The notes: generated by a model not told the origin, from the letters alone. DNA of 64,000 nucleotides from Planctomycetota bacterium (GCA_965223845.1 CBDCXR010000004.1:576001-640000); one strand, 5' to 3'. Shown: positions 45,401-54,882, numbered from the stretch's first letter. Translations and numbers: made by a program.

Positions 45401-48146
45401 GCTCCCGCTTCACGAGCTCGTCGTCGTGACGGGACTCAGCGGCTCGGGAAAATCCTCGCTCGTCTACGATATCGTCTTCGCCGAAGGACAGCGCCGCTAC
45501 CTCGATTGTCTGTCGCCGTACGCGCGCCAGTTCATCGAGGATCTCCGGCGCCCCGACATAGACCACCTCGAAGGGATTCCGCCGACCGTCGCGATCGAGC
45601 AGCGGACGTCCGTCGGCGGACGCCGCTCGACGGTCGGAACGGTGACCGAGATCTACCAGCTACTCCGACTCCTCTACGCGCGGTGCGGCGTGCAGATGTG
45701 TCCCGATTGCGGGGACGAGGTCGCGCCGCGCCCGGAGGCGGACATCGTGCGCGAAGTCGGGCGACTCGCACGCCGCGGAGGTCGGCTCCTCGCGCCCGTC
45801 GTGCGCGGGAAGAAGGGATTTCACTCGAAGCTCCTCGCCGGCGCGAGGCGACGCGGCATCCTCGACGCGAGGGTCGACGGCGAGTGGCTCGCGCTCCTGG
45901 CGGATCGCGAAGTCCGTCTCGAGCGCCACCGCGCCCACGACATCGATCTCGTCGTCGGGTCGTACGGCCGGGACGACAAGCCTCTCGCGCTCCGGGACGA
46001 AGTCGGCCTCGGGCTCGAGCTCGGCGGTGGAGTCGTGCGGTTTCTCGCGCGCGACGGGACCGAGCGCGTCCTCAACCGGCACCGGTCGTGTCCCTCCTGC
46101 GAGCGCGACTTCGATGAGCCGCAGCCGCGAAGCTTCAGCTTCCATTCGACTCACGGTCGCTGTCCGGAATGCGGAGGGGACGGCGTGCGCCTTGCGATCG
46201 AACCGGAGAGGTGGATCTCGCATTGGAACGCGCCTCCGACCCAGCGGGGGCGCGGTCCGTTCGACGTGCTCCTCGATCCGCCGTTCGCCAAGTCGACGCG
46301 TACTCGCGTTCTCCGGTCGCTGCGGTCGCTCGAAGAGGCGGGTCGCCTGCGCGGCGGCGGTGTGGACCGCCCACTCGCCTCCTGGTCGAAGCGCGCGCTC
46401 GCGATCTTGTTCGACGGCGACCGGTCCGGGACGTTCGCGGGGCTCCGCGCGATCGCGGAGGTCGCCCTCGCGCGGCTCGAGCCGGACGCCGCAGACACGT
46501 ACCGGCGCGCCTGGGGGGGCGAGCTCCCCTGCGAAGCCTGCGCCGGCGGCCGACTCGCCCGCGACTCGCTCGCGGTCGAGTTCGCGGGCCGCAGCATCGG
46601 CGAGCTCGCCCAGGCGACGACGACGGAGCTGCGCGCTTTCTTCGCCGGCGTCAAGCTCCGCGGGCGCGATCGAGCGATCGCCGGACCGATCGTCGACGAG
46701 GTGCGCGCGCGCCTCGAGTTCCTCGATCGAGTCGGGCTCTCGTACCTCGATCTGAACCGGAGCGCGGCGACGCTGTCGACGGGCGAAGCGCAGCGAATTC
46801 GGCTGGCGGCTCAGCTGGGGTCGAAGCTGCGCGGAGCCTGCTACATCCTCGACGAGCCGACGATCGGACTCCATCCGCGCGACAACGCGATGCTCCTTTC
46901 GACGCTCCGCGATCTCCGCGATCGCGGGAACAGCGTGCTCGTCATCGAGCACGACGAGGAGACGATCGAAGCGGCGGATACCGTGGTCGACATGGGGCCC
47001 GGTCCCGGGCGACACGGGGGGGAGATCGTCTTTCAGGGAAGTGTCGAGGCCCTCCTCGAGGACCCGCGCAGCGCCACGGCGGTAGCGCTGCGAGAACGCC
47101 GTGGCGTCACGGTGACTCCGAGCCGCCGCGACTGGCACGGTGAACCTGCGGTGGTCGTTCGCGGCGCACACCGCCACAACTTATCCGGGATCGACGTGCG
47201 GTTCCCGCTCGGCGCGGTCACTCTGGTGACGGGGGTGTCCGGCGCGGGGAAGTCGACGCTCGTTCGCGACGTGCTCGAAGAGAGCGTGCGACGTCACCTC
47301 CGCGGTCTTCACTCGGCGGCGAGCGGGTGCGCCGAAGTTGCCGGCGCCGCACTCGTCGACGCGATTCGGGAGGTCGATCAGCTGCCGATCGGACGCACTC
47401 CGCGGTCGACGCCCGCCACCTACGTCGGATTCTGGGACCGCATTCGCGCGGCCTTTGCGGCGACGCCCGAAGCGCGAACCCGCGGCTACGACAAGCGGCG
47501 CTTCTCGTTCAATGTCGGCGGCGGTCGGTGCGACGCGTGCGCCGGACAGGGAAGGCTCCGCGTCGAGATGAACTTTCTCCCCGACGTCGAGATGCGGTGC
47601 GAATCCTGCGGCGGACGGCGGTTCAATTCGGAGACCCTCGAGATCACGTATCGCGGGAAAACGATCGCGGATGTCCTCGCCATGGATGTCGAGGCGGCGA
47701 GCGAATTCTTTGCCGCGTACCCGGAGATCGCGCGGAGCCTCGCCGCTCTCGCCGACCTCGGTCTCGGGTATCTCACGCTCGGTCAAGCGAGCACGACGCT
47801 ATCGGGCGGCGAAGCCCAGCGGGTGAAGCTCGCGGTCGAGCTCGCCAAGACGGCGGGCGGGACTTGCCTCTATCTTCTCGACGAGCCGACGACGGGCCTC
47901 CACCTCCGCGACGTGGAGAAGCTCGCCCGCGTTCTTCGCCGGCTCGCCGAGGCGGGCCACGCCGTCGTCGTGGTCGAGCATCACGTCGAACTCATCGCCG
48001 GAGCGGATTGGGTGATCGATCTCGGACCGGAAGGCGGGAGCGCGGGCGGTGGGCTCGTTTACGAAGGGGCGCCGGCGGGGCTCATCCGAGCGCGGGGCTC
48101 GCACACGGGCCGGGCACTCGCGGGAGCGCTCGAGCGAAGACGCTGA
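42498..48146 (+). CDS. uvrA: Excinuclease ABC subunit A, tandem (double-length) form
   Basis: Four Walker A motifs (GVSGSGKSS, GVSGSGKST, GLSGSGKSS, GVSGAGKST); two AEGQRRY motifs; repeated Zn fingers and FSFN..GGRC. Confidence 0.96.
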   Translation: MISSNPGPRAIRLRGVRQNNLKNVDCDLPLGRLSVITGVSGSGKSSLAFDTLYAEGQRRYLETFSAYTRQFLERIPRPDMDEIDGIPPAVAIDPYGAIKTSRSTVGTMTGVNDYLKLLFARASTAVCPECGREVAPTGRDAVLAALADESARSFPVVVTARLSLRGFDAIEVVQRALTAQGLLRCRTESGVVRVDELSADDLSSGELDVVVDRWASARVSRARRAEAVERGLRLGGGELRVYLASGDCRAFSERLACRECEIDILPPSPALFSFNHPYGACRDCRGFGRVIELDWNRVVPDPRLSLEAGAVKPWETKRGRGAKRRALTALRALGLATDVPFSAYSAAERKLVLEGDGSFSGVRGFFRRLESKKYKMHVRVFLARFRGYEECPKCRGGRLRLGALAHRVRDRTLPEIWALPIRDLLEVFPRDWVGALARPARLIGEEIRSRLEYLDAVGLGYLSLGRQSRTLSGGEVERVNLTSALGACLVDTLFVLDEPSIGLHARDNDRLLGILRAVRDRGNTVVVVEHDPALMSAAEFLVDLGPGSGERGGEIVAAGSVEQVMATAKSLTGAYLRGEKSVAAERTPRPIGKQALRVRGAEENNLGGGARGLDIDVPLGGWTVVSGVSGSGKSTLLEKVLWRSYLHERGRGDDGPPRVRSISGFDLVDEVVLVDQSPIGKTPRGNPATYTKIFDRIRALFAASPAAKRNGFEAGHFSFNVEGGRCPECSGAGYEQVEMQFLSDVTLVCEACAGRRFRDAVLEVRVDGRNVADVLELTIAEAASVFEREPGLAESLDFLAALGLGYLRLGQPINTLSGGEAQRLKLAGRVLAARRERLLFLLDEPTTGLHLDDVRRLIAVFDELVARGHSLVVIEHHLDVIAAADHVIDLGPEGGDAGGRLVASGTPRDLAANWRETGSVTGDWLERHFGGELVAKDPPAPTARSSDLRPAIRVVGARENNLRGIDVSLPLHELVVVTGLSGSGKSSLVYDIVFAEGQRRYLDCLSPYARQFIEDLRRPDIDHLEGIPPTVAIEQRTSVGGRRSTVGTVTEIYQLLRLLYARCGVQMCPDCGDEVAPRPEADIVREVGRLARRGGRLLAPVVRGKKGFHSKLLAGARRRGILDARVDGEWLALLADREVRLERHRAHDIDLVVGSYGRDDKPLALRDEVGLGLELGGGVVRFLARDGTERVLNRHRSCPSCERDFDEPQPRSFSFHSTHGRCPECGGDGVRLAIEPERWISHWNAPPTQRGRGPFDVLLDPPFAKSTRTRVLRSLRSLEEAGRLRGGGVDRPLASWSKRALAILFDGDRSGTFAGLRAIAEVALARLEPDAADTYRRAWGGELPCEACAGGRLARDSLAVEFAGRSIGELAQATTTELRAFFAGVKLRGRDRAIAGPIVDEVRARLEFLDRVGLSYLDLNRSAATLSTGEAQRIRLAAQLGSKLRGACYILDEPTIGLHPRDNAMLLSTLRDLRDRGNSVLVIEHDEETIEAADTVVDMGPGPGRHGGEIVFQGSVEALLEDPRSATAVALRERRGVTVTPSRRDWHGEPAVVVRGAHRHNLSGIDVRFPLGAVTLVTGVSGAGKSTLVRDVLEESVRRHLRGLHSAASGCAEVAGAALVDAIREVDQLPIGRTPRSTPATYVGFWDRIRAAFAATPEARTRGYDKRRFSFNVGGGRCDACAGQGRLRVEMNFLPDVEMRCESCGGRRFNSETLEITYRGKTIADVLAMDVEAASEFFAAYPEIARSLAALADLGLGYLTLGQASTTLSGGEAQRVKLAVELAKTAGGTCLYLLDEPTTGLHLRDVEKLARVLRRLAEAGHAVVVVEHHVELIAGADWVIDLGPEGGSAGGGLVYEGAPAGLIRARGSHTGRALAGALERRR

Positions 48147-48166
48147 AGGCTAGGGAGTCACGCCGA

Positions 48167-49156
48167 ATGGATCTCGTTACCGGTGGAACCGGCTTCGTCG
48201 GCTGGCACGTCGTCCGCGCCCTGAGCGAGCGCGGAGACGGTCCGGTGCGCGCTCTCGTGCGGCCGAACGTGGATGCGTCGTATCTCGAGGAGCTCTCGGG
48301 GGTCGAGATCGTTCGCGGCGATCTTCTCGACGCCGAGAGCCTCGAGCGGGCGACACGGGGATGCCGGCGCGTCTTTCACGTCGCTGCGCTCTACACGTTT
48401 TGGGCGCGCGATTCGCGGCTTCTCTACCGGACGAACGTCGATGGGACGCGGGCACTTCTCGATGCCGCGGCGGCGGCGGGCGTCGAGCGCATCGTCTACA
48501 CGAGCACGGTCGGCGCGCTCGGGTACGCCGGACGCGGGAAACCCGCGGATGAATCGACGCCCGTTCGTCTCGAGGACATGGTGGGCCATTACAAACGCTC
48601 GAAGTTTCTCGCCGAACGCGTCGCCATGGAGGCGGTGGCGCACGGAACGCCCGTCGTGATCGTGAACCCGAGCGCGCCCGTCGGCTGGGCGGACCGAAAG
48701 CCGACGCCGACGGGACAGATGATCTACGACTTCATGCGCGGGCGAATGAAAGGCTACCTCGAAACGGGACTCAATCTCGTCGACGTCGAGGACGTCGCGG
48801 CCGGGCATCTCCTCGCGGCAGAACGTGGCGTCGCAGGCGAGAAGTACATCCTGGGGAACCGAGACCTCTATCTGAAGGAGATCTTCGAGATCCTCTCCGA
48901 TCTCACCGGAGTCCCGGCGCCGCGGGTGAAGATCCCATACGCGCTTGCGTGGACGGTCGGCGCGGCGAACAACGCGTGGGCTGCGGTCGCTCGACGCGCT
49001 CCCCCGGTCCCCCTCGAGAGCGTTCGGATCGCGAAGAAGACGATGTTCTTCGATGCGACGAAGGCGCGACGCGAGCTCGACCTTCCGCAAACCGAGCCGG
49101 CGGTCGCGCTCGAGAAGGCGGTGCGTTGGTTTCGCGAGCGGAGCGCGGGTCGATGA
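48167..49156 (+). CDS. hpnA: NAD-dependent epimerase/dehydratase, HpnA-like (hopanoid-associated)
   Basis: LVTGGTGFVG, FHVAALY, YKRSK, VNPSAPVG..KPTPTG. Confidence 0.8.
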   Translation: MDLVTGGTGFVGWHVVRALSERGDGPVRALVRPNVDASYLEELSGVEIVRGDLLDAESLERATRGCRRVFHVAALYTFWARDSRLLYRTNVDGTRALLDAAAAAGVERIVYTSTVGALGYAGRGKPADESTPVRLEDMVGHYKRSKFLAERVAMEAVAHGTPVVIVNPSAPVGWADRKPTPTGQMIYDFMRGRMKGYLETGLNLVDVEDVAAGHLLAAERGVAGEKYILGNRDLYLKEIFEILSDLTGVPAPRVKIPYALAWTVGAANNAWAAVARRAPPVPLESVRIAKKTMFFDATKARRELDLPQTEPAVALEKAVRWFRERSAGR

Positions 49157-49174
49157 GGCGTCGTCCGCGTCAGC

Positions 49175-49203
49175 TTGACACTCTTCGTACGATCGCCCAT
49201 AGT
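49175..49203 (+). promoter_or_regulatory. Putative sigma70 promoter of the trp operon
   Basis: TTGACA-N17-CATAGT. Confidence 0.55.
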
Positions 49204-49536
49204 TGAAAGGACTCGAATCGGAGAAAGCGACTTCCGAACGACGGAGCGCACGGTTCGAACGATCGAACGGACCCCGAACCGATGTCCCGCGTACGTTTCC
49301 TCATTCCCGCCTCGGCCGAGCGTTGGCGTCTCCAGCCGGAAAGGGCCCTCCCGGTGTGGGCCCGTGCCATCGAGGCGAACGGAGGCGACGCGTGCCCGAC
49401 GGAGTCCCGCGGGTAACGAAACGATCTGCGCTGGCTCTCGGCGACCAGCGGGTGGACTCACGGAGAAACGACCGATCGTGTCTCCTGAGCTCTCCGCGGA
49501 AGCGGGCGTCGGCAAAGATTCGGACGAGTGAGCGGC

Positions 49537-49562
49537 GCCTCCCGACGCAGGGAGGTTTTTTT
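49537..49562 (+). terminator. Attenuator-type intrinsic terminator in the trpE leader
   Basis: CCTCCC-GACGCA-GGGAGG followed by T7, ~100 nt before trpE. Confidence 0.75.
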
Positions 49563-49660
49563 GTGTCCGGTGCGTGCGAGCGCGATCGGCGGAAAAGTCG
49601 CGAATCCCGTCGACCCGCCCCCTGCTCCGGACCGCTCAAAGCGAGCCGCGAGGATCACCG

Positions 49661-51172
49661 TTGAAGCGAGAAGAGTTCATCCAATTGGCGGCGGAGAATA
49701 CCGTCGTCCCCGTCTACCGCGAGCTGAGCGCCGACACGCTCACGCCCGTTTCCGTGTTTCTGCGTCTCCGCCGGCGCGGTGAGCCCGCCTTCCTTCTCGA
49801 GAGCGTCGAAGGCGGCGAGCGCGTCGGCCGCTACTCGTTCATCGGCCGAGAGCCGTTTCAGCGGATTTCGGCGACTCCTAACTCGGTCGAGATCGAGCGG
49901 GAGGACGGTTCGCGCGAAACGAGCGAGGAGGGTTTCTTTCGCGTCCTCGCCCGCGAGATCGCGCAGTTCCGGAGCCCGACGCACCCGGGGTTACCTCCGC
50001 TCACCGGCGGCGCCGCGGGGTTCATCGGCTACGACGCAGTGCGGTGGATCGAAGCGATCCCGGATCGCCACGAGAACGATGCATCGATCCCCGACGCGCA
50101 GTTTCATTTCTTCCACTCGCTCATCGCTTTCGACCACGTCCGTCGACGGGTGGTGCTCGTCGCGAACGTGCAGGTCGGCGACGCGCCGCTCGCGAGCGAC
50201 GAGCTCGACGCGAAGTACGCGCGCGCATTGAAGCGCATCGAGCGGATGGCGGATGACCTGGCGCGTCCGGTGCCCGCCGAGGAGATGCCGCGCCCGGCGG
50301 TGTCGCTCGCACGCGAGCGGATCGATCACGGCATGGAATCGAACTTCACGCGCGCGGAGTTCGAGACGGCGGTACGGCGAGCGAAGGAGTACATCGAAGC
50401 GGGGGATGCCTTTCAGATCGTCCTCTCGCAGCGATTCCAGAGGGCGATCGACGTCGAGCCGTTCGACGTCTACCGCGCGCTCCGGATGCTCAATCCCTCG
50501 CCGTATCTCTTTTTTCTCCAGTGGGACGATACGGCGGTGCTCGGTTCGTCGCCCGAGACGATGGTGCGCGTTCAGGACCGTACGGCGATGGTGCGTCCGA
50601 TCGCCGGCACTCGCCGTCGCGGCGCGGATCGCGCGGAAGATGTTCAACTCGAGGAGGAATTGCTCGGGGACGAGAAGGAGCTCGCCGAGCATCGGATGCT
50701 CGTCGATCTCGGTCGTAACGATATCGGGCGCGTCGCTCGATTCGGAACGGTCGAGGTTTCGCGGCTCGAGCAGATCGAGCGCTACTCGCACGTCATGCAC
50801 ATCGTCAGCCAGGTCGAGGGGACTCTGCGCGACGAGTTGAGCGCGATCGATGCGTTTTGCGCCGGCTTTCCGGCCGGTACGGTTTCGGGAGCGCCAAAGA
50901 TTCGCGCGATGGAAATCATCGACGAGCTGGAGCCCACGCGCCGCGGCATCTACGCGGGTGCCGTCGGCTACCTCGACTTCGCCGGCAACCTCGACACCGC
51001 GATCGCCATCCGCACGCTCGTCATCCATCGCGGGGTCGCGTTCGCCCAGGCGGGCGCCGGCATCGTGGCCGACTCCGTGCCAGAGAACGAGTACTTCGAG
51101 ACGATCCACAAGGCCTCGGCGCTCTACGATGCGATCCGGCTGGCCGAGGCGCACCGCGGGGAGGGAGCATGA
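49661..51172 (+). CDS. trpE: Anthranilate synthase component I
   Basis: FLLESVEGGERVGRYS, NPSPYLF, PIAGTRRRG, EHRMLVDLGRND, PAGTVSGAPK; TTG start with GAGGA upstream. Confidence 0.95.
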   Translation: MKREEFIQLAAENTVVPVYRELSADTLTPVSVFLRLRRRGEPAFLLESVEGGERVGRYSFIGREPFQRISATPNSVEIEREDGSRETSEEGFFRVLAREIAQFRSPTHPGLPPLTGGAAGFIGYDAVRWIEAIPDRHENDASIPDAQFHFFHSLIAFDHVRRRVVLVANVQVGDAPLASDELDAKYARALKRIERMADDLARPVPAEEMPRPAVSLARERIDHGMESNFTRAEFETAVRRAKEYIEAGDAFQIVLSQRFQRAIDVEPFDVYRALRMLNPSPYLFFLQWDDTAVLGSSPETMVRVQDRTAMVRPIAGTRRRGADRAEDVQLEEELLGDEKELAEHRMLVDLGRNDIGRVARFGTVEVSRLEQIERYSHVMHIVSQVEGTLRDELSAIDAFCAGFPAGTVSGAPKIRAMEIIDELEPTRRGIYAGAVGYLDFAGNLDTAIAIRTLVIHRGVAFAQAGAGIVADSVPENEYFETIHKASALYDAIRLAEAHRGEGA

Positions 51173-51741
51173 TCGTCGTCATCGACAACTACGACTCCTT
51201 CACGTACAACCTCGTTCAGTACATGGGTGAGCTCGGAGCCGATCCCGAAGTGCACCGAAACGACGCGATCACTCCGAGCGAGATCGCGGCTCGATCGCCG
51301 CGCGGCGTGATCATTTCGCCGGGGCCGTGCACGCCCGATGAGGCTGGGGTGTCCGTCGACGTCGCGCACTCGCTCTCGGGTTCGGTACCGATCCTCGGCG
51401 TCTGCCTCGGCCACCAGTCGATCGGCGCCGCGTTCGGAGCGAAGATCGTGCGGACCGCTCCCGTTCACGGAAAGGCGAGTCGCGTCGAGCACGGTGGGGA
51501 TGAGCTCTTCGCCGGGATCGAAAACCCGCTCCTCGCCGGTCGCTACCACTCGCTCGTCGTCGAGGATGTGCCCGAGACGCTTGTCGTCACCGCGCGGACG
51601 GCCGACGGCATCGTGATGGGACTCCGCCACCGCGACCACCCGACGTTCGGACTGCAGTTCCATCCCGAATCGATCCTCACCGGCCACGGCCAGGCGATCC
51701 TGCGGAACTTCCTCATCCTTTGTCAGGAGATCGAAACGTGA
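51169..51741 (+). CDS. trpG: Anthranilate synthase component II (glutamine amidotransferase)
   Basis: IDNYDSFTYNL, SPGPCTP, GVCLGHQ, RYHSL, QFHPES; ATGA overlap with trpE. Confidence 0.95.
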   Translation: MIVVIDNYDSFTYNLVQYMGELGADPEVHRNDAITPSEIAARSPRGVIISPGPCTPDEAGVSVDVAHSLSGSVPILGVCLGHQSIGAAFGAKIVRTAPVHGKASRVEHGGDELFAGIENPLLAGRYHSLVVEDVPETLVVTARTADGIVMGLRHRDHPTFGLQFHPESILTGHGQAILRNFLILCQEIET

Positions 51742-52757
51742 ACGAGACGGGGATCACGATCGAATCCGCTCTCGCGAAGATCGCCGGCGGTCACTCGCTC
51801 GCGCGCGACGAAGCGCGGGCGGTGATGGGAAGCCTCCTCTCCGGCGGGGCGACGCCCGCTCAGACGGGTGCCCTTCTCATGGGGCTCCGAGTTCGAGGCG
51901 AGACGCTCGACGAGATCCTCGGGTTCGTCGAGGGGATGCGCGCGGCGGCGGTGGCGATCGCTCCCGCCCGCGACGTCGTCGTCGATCTCTGCGGCACGGG
52001 AGGCGATGGCAGCGGGACGTTCAACATCTCGACGGCCGCATCGCTCGTCGTCGCGGCCACCGGCGTCGCGGTCGCGAAGCATGGCAACCGCGCGGCCTCG
52101 AGTCGGTGCGGGAGCGCGGACGTCCTCGAAGCCCTCGGGATCCCGATCGACCTCGAGCCCGAGCGCGCGCGAGCGGCGATCGAAGCGACGGGCTTCGCGT
52201 TTCTTTTCGCACCGCACTACCACCCGGCGATGAAGCACGTCGGTCCCGTTCGGCGCGAGCTCAAGACGCGGACGGTCTTCAACATCATGGGTCCGCTCGC
52301 GAGTCCGGCGGGAGTGAAGCGACAGCTTCTCGGCGTCTTCGACGACGAAGCGCGCCCGCTCATGGCCGAGGTTCTCCACGGTCTCGGCACCGAGCACGCG
52401 TGGGTCGTCCACGGCGAGGGCGGACTCGACGAGATGAACATCGCGGGAACGACGCGCGTGAGTGTCGTCACGCCGGGGGGCATCGAGGAGCGCGAGGTGG
52501 CGCCCGCCGACGCCGGTCTCGAGCTTCGTTCGCTCGACGAGCTCGCCGGCGGGGACGCCGAGGAAAACGCCGAGATGATTCGCGCCATCCTTCGGGGAGA
52601 CTCGGGTTCGCCGCGCGATGCGGTTGTCTTCAATGCGGGCGTCGCGATTCACGTCGCCGGCGCGGCGGTGGATCTCCGCACCGGTGTCGAGGCCGCGGCG
52701 GCGGCGATCGACGACGGGCGAGCCGCTCGCTTGCTCGACGAGCTGAGGTCGAGCTGA
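51738..52757 (+). CDS. trpD: Anthranilate phosphoribosyltransferase
   Basis: GTGGDGSGTFNIST, KHGNRAASS, GSADVLEALG, GLDE. Confidence 0.96.
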   Translation: MNETGITIESALAKIAGGHSLARDEARAVMGSLLSGGATPAQTGALLMGLRVRGETLDEILGFVEGMRAAAVAIAPARDVVVDLCGTGGDGSGTFNISTAASLVVAATGVAVAKHGNRAASSRCGSADVLEALGIPIDLEPERARAAIEATGFAFLFAPHYHPAMKHVGPVRRELKTRTVFNIMGPLASPAGVKRQLLGVFDDEARPLMAEVLHGLGTEHAWVVHGEGGLDEMNIAGTTRVSVVTPGGIEEREVAPADAGLELRSLDELAGGDAEENAEMIRAILRGDSGSPRDAVVFNAGVAIHVAGAAVDLRTGVEAAAAAIDDGRAARLLDELRSS

Positions 52758-52784
52758 GAACCGGCGAAGGAGCGAACTCGCGCG

Positions 52785-53594
52785 ATGGGAACCATTCTCG
52801 ATGAGATCGTCGCCCACAAGCGACTCGAGGTCGAACGAGCGGCGCGCGCGGTTCCCCTCGCGGACGTCGAGGCCGCTCTAACCCGCGCGACACCGCCGCG
52901 CGGATTCGCGCGCGCCCTCGAGCGCGACGGCGCCGGCCGGACCGCGATCATCGCCGAAGTGAAGAAGGCTTCGCCGTCACGCGGCATCATTCGAGCGGAC
53001 TTCGATCCCGTCGCCATCGCTCGCGCGTACGAGCGCGGCGGGGCTTCTGCGGTGAGCGTTCTCACCGACGAGAAGTACTTTCAGGGGCGGCTCGAGTTTC
53101 TTCGCGACGTTCGGGATGCGATCTCACTCCCGGTACTCCGAAAAGACTTCATCGTGAGCGACTATCAAATCATCGAGGCGCGCGCTGCGGGAGCGGATGC
53201 GATCCTCCTCATCCTCGCCGCCCTTTCGGACGACCGCGAGCTCGTTCGCTTCGCGCGCCGCGCGGAGGATCTCGGCATGGACGTCCTCTGGGAGGTGCAC
53301 GACCGGGCCGAGCTCGATCGTCTGCTCTCGCTCGATGCCTCGCCGCGGATCGTCGGCGTCAACAATCGCAATCTTCGCACCTTCGCGGTCAGCCTCGAGA
53401 CGACCCGCAGTCTACTCCCGGCGATCCCCACCGCGGCGGTGAAGGTTAGCGAGAGCGGCTTCTTCGGGCGCGCGGAGCTCGCGGAGATGGAGGGCTGGGG
53501 CGTCGATGCGTTCCTCATCGGGGAGAGCCTCATGCGGGCTTCGGACCCGGAGCTCGCGCTCCGCGCGCTCGTTCGAAACGAGGCGGCGTCGTGA
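52785..53594 (+). CDS. trpC: Indole-3-glycerol phosphate synthase
   Basis: IAEVKKASPSRG, SVLTDEKYFQG, LRKDFI, GVNNRNL, VSESG. Confidence 0.97.
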   Translation: MGTILDEIVAHKRLEVERAARAVPLADVEAALTRATPPRGFARALERDGAGRTAIIAEVKKASPSRGIIRADFDPVAIARAYERGGASAVSVLTDEKYFQGRLEFLRDVRDAISLPVLRKDFIVSDYQIIEARAAGADAILLILAALSDDRELVRFARRAEDLGMDVLWEVHDRAELDRLLSLDASPRIVGVNNRNLRTFAVSLETTRSLLPAIPTAAVKVSESGFFGRAELAEMEGWGVDAFLIGESLMRASDPELALRALVRNEAAS

Positions 53595-54211
53595 CGGTGC
53601 GGGTGAAGGTGTGCGGGATCCGGCGGCGCGAGGACGCCGAGCTCGCCGTCGATCTCGGCGCGTGGGCACTCGGGTTCATCTTCCACCCGCCGTCCCCGCG
53701 CGCGATCGAACCCGCGGATGCTGCCGCGATCGTCCGGGAGCTTCCGATCGGCGTGGAGAAGGTCGGCGTCTTCGTCGATCGCGACCGCGAGGAAGTCGAA
53801 CGCATCGCGCGCGAAGTCGGGCTCTCGCTCGTCCAGCTCCACGGGCGCGAGTCTCCGGAGTACTGTGCAGCCGTCACGGGAGCGCGCGTGCTGAAGGCGC
53901 TACGGGTCGGCAAGGAGTTCGATCCCGCCCTCGTCGAGAAGTACACGCGCTGGGCGATCCTTCTCGATACGTACCGTCCCGGGCTCCCCGGAGGGACCGG
54001 CGAGACGTTCGACTGGACGGTTGCCCGCGACATCGGCCGGACGACGCCCGTCCTCCTCGCCGGCGGACTCGGGCCCGAAAATGTCGCCGAGGCGATCCGG
54101 ACTGCGGCGCCGCTCGGCGTCGACGTCTCGAGCGGCGTCGAGAGCGCGCCGGGCGTCAAGGATCACGACCGTCTGCGGAAGCTCTTCGACGAGGTGCGGG
54201 CCGCTTCTTAG
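53591..54211 (+). CDS. trpF: Phosphoribosylanthranilate isomerase
   Basis: VKVCGI, VQLHG, GGTGETFDW, LAGGL, DVSSGVE. Confidence 0.96.
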   Translation: MTVRVKVCGIRRREDAELAVDLGAWALGFIFHPPSPRAIEPADAAAIVRELPIGVEKVGVFVDRDREEVERIAREVGLSLVQLHGRESPEYCAAVTGARVLKALRVGKEFDPALVEKYTRWAILLDTYRPGLPGGTGETFDWTVARDIGRTTPVLLAGGLGPENVAEAIRTAAPLGVDVSSGVESAPGVKDHDRLRKLFDEVRAAS

Positions 54212-54335
54212 CGATCTGCGCGAGGAGTTGGCTTCGGCGCCACCCCGACCACCCGGAGATCGGTGGGCGAAGAGGCGAGTCTCACCGTCGGAGAAATCGG
54301 GCCGGGAAGCCAGTGCCGGGGCCCGGGTGAGGCGG

Positions 54336-54473
54336 TCATCCCCGCCAGCGCGAATCGTTACGCTTCTTCCGCGGGCGCGTGAGCAGGAAGTACGCGGGAG
54401 TGACCACGAGGATCGCGGCGAGAACGTACCAATACGCGGGGACGGCTCCGACGGGAAAGAAGGGCGAGGTCAT
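54336..54473 (-). CDS. Possible small single-TM membrane protein (45 aa)
   Basis: MTSPFFPVGAVPAYWYVLAAILVVTPAYFLLTRPRKKR..; GGAG upstream; follows rpsU. Confidence 0.4.
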   Translation of the reverse strand: MTSPFFPVGAVPAYWYVLAAILVVTPAYFLLTRPRKKRNDSRWRG

Positions 54474-54526
54474 CGCCGAACGTCGCTCCCGGGTGGCGGG
54501 GGAGTGCGCGAGTCGTCCGCGTGCGA

Positions 54527-54733
54527 TCAGCGGCGGCGCTTTGCCGCGCGACGAGCGGCCTTCGCGAGGGCTCGAACCTGTTCCTTGGCTTCGCGTCGCC
54601 GGCGTTCGGACGGCTTCTCGAAGTACGCGCGCTTCTTGCACTCGCGGAGGATGCCTTCCTTGGAACAGATGCGCTTGAACCGTTGGAGGAGCTTCTCCGC
54701 CGGTTCGCCCGGGCGGCTCGTTACCTTGATCAC
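54527..54733 (-). CDS. rpsU: 30S ribosomal protein S21
   Basis: GEPAEKLLQRFKRICSKEGILRECKKRAYFEKPSERRRR; GTG start with GAAGGGA upstream. Confidence 0.93.
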   Translation of the reverse strand: MIKVTSRPGEPAEKLLQRFKRICSKEGILRECKKRAYFEKPSERRRREAKEQVRALAKAARRAAKRRR

Positions 54734-54882
54734 TCTGCGGTGTCCCTTCGTTCTCGACGACTCGGAAGAATCAAACGACGAAGACCTCCGAGCGTCGACG
54801 GCTGGCCGTGGCGTCGGGGGGTCGTAGACGGCGTCCGGGGACGCCGAGAGGAGCGTTTGCCCGTAGGAAAGGCAAACCGCTA

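Noticed and set aside
42875-46117. 1080-aa alternative-frame ORF and many other long overlapping R/A/P-rich ORFs
   Set aside because: Shadow frames of GC-rich genes (here uvrA); no motifs and biased composition.
49445-49490. GGGTGG resembling a T-box antiterminator bulge
   Set aside because: Lacks UGGNACC and stem I motifs, and does not overlap the terminator.
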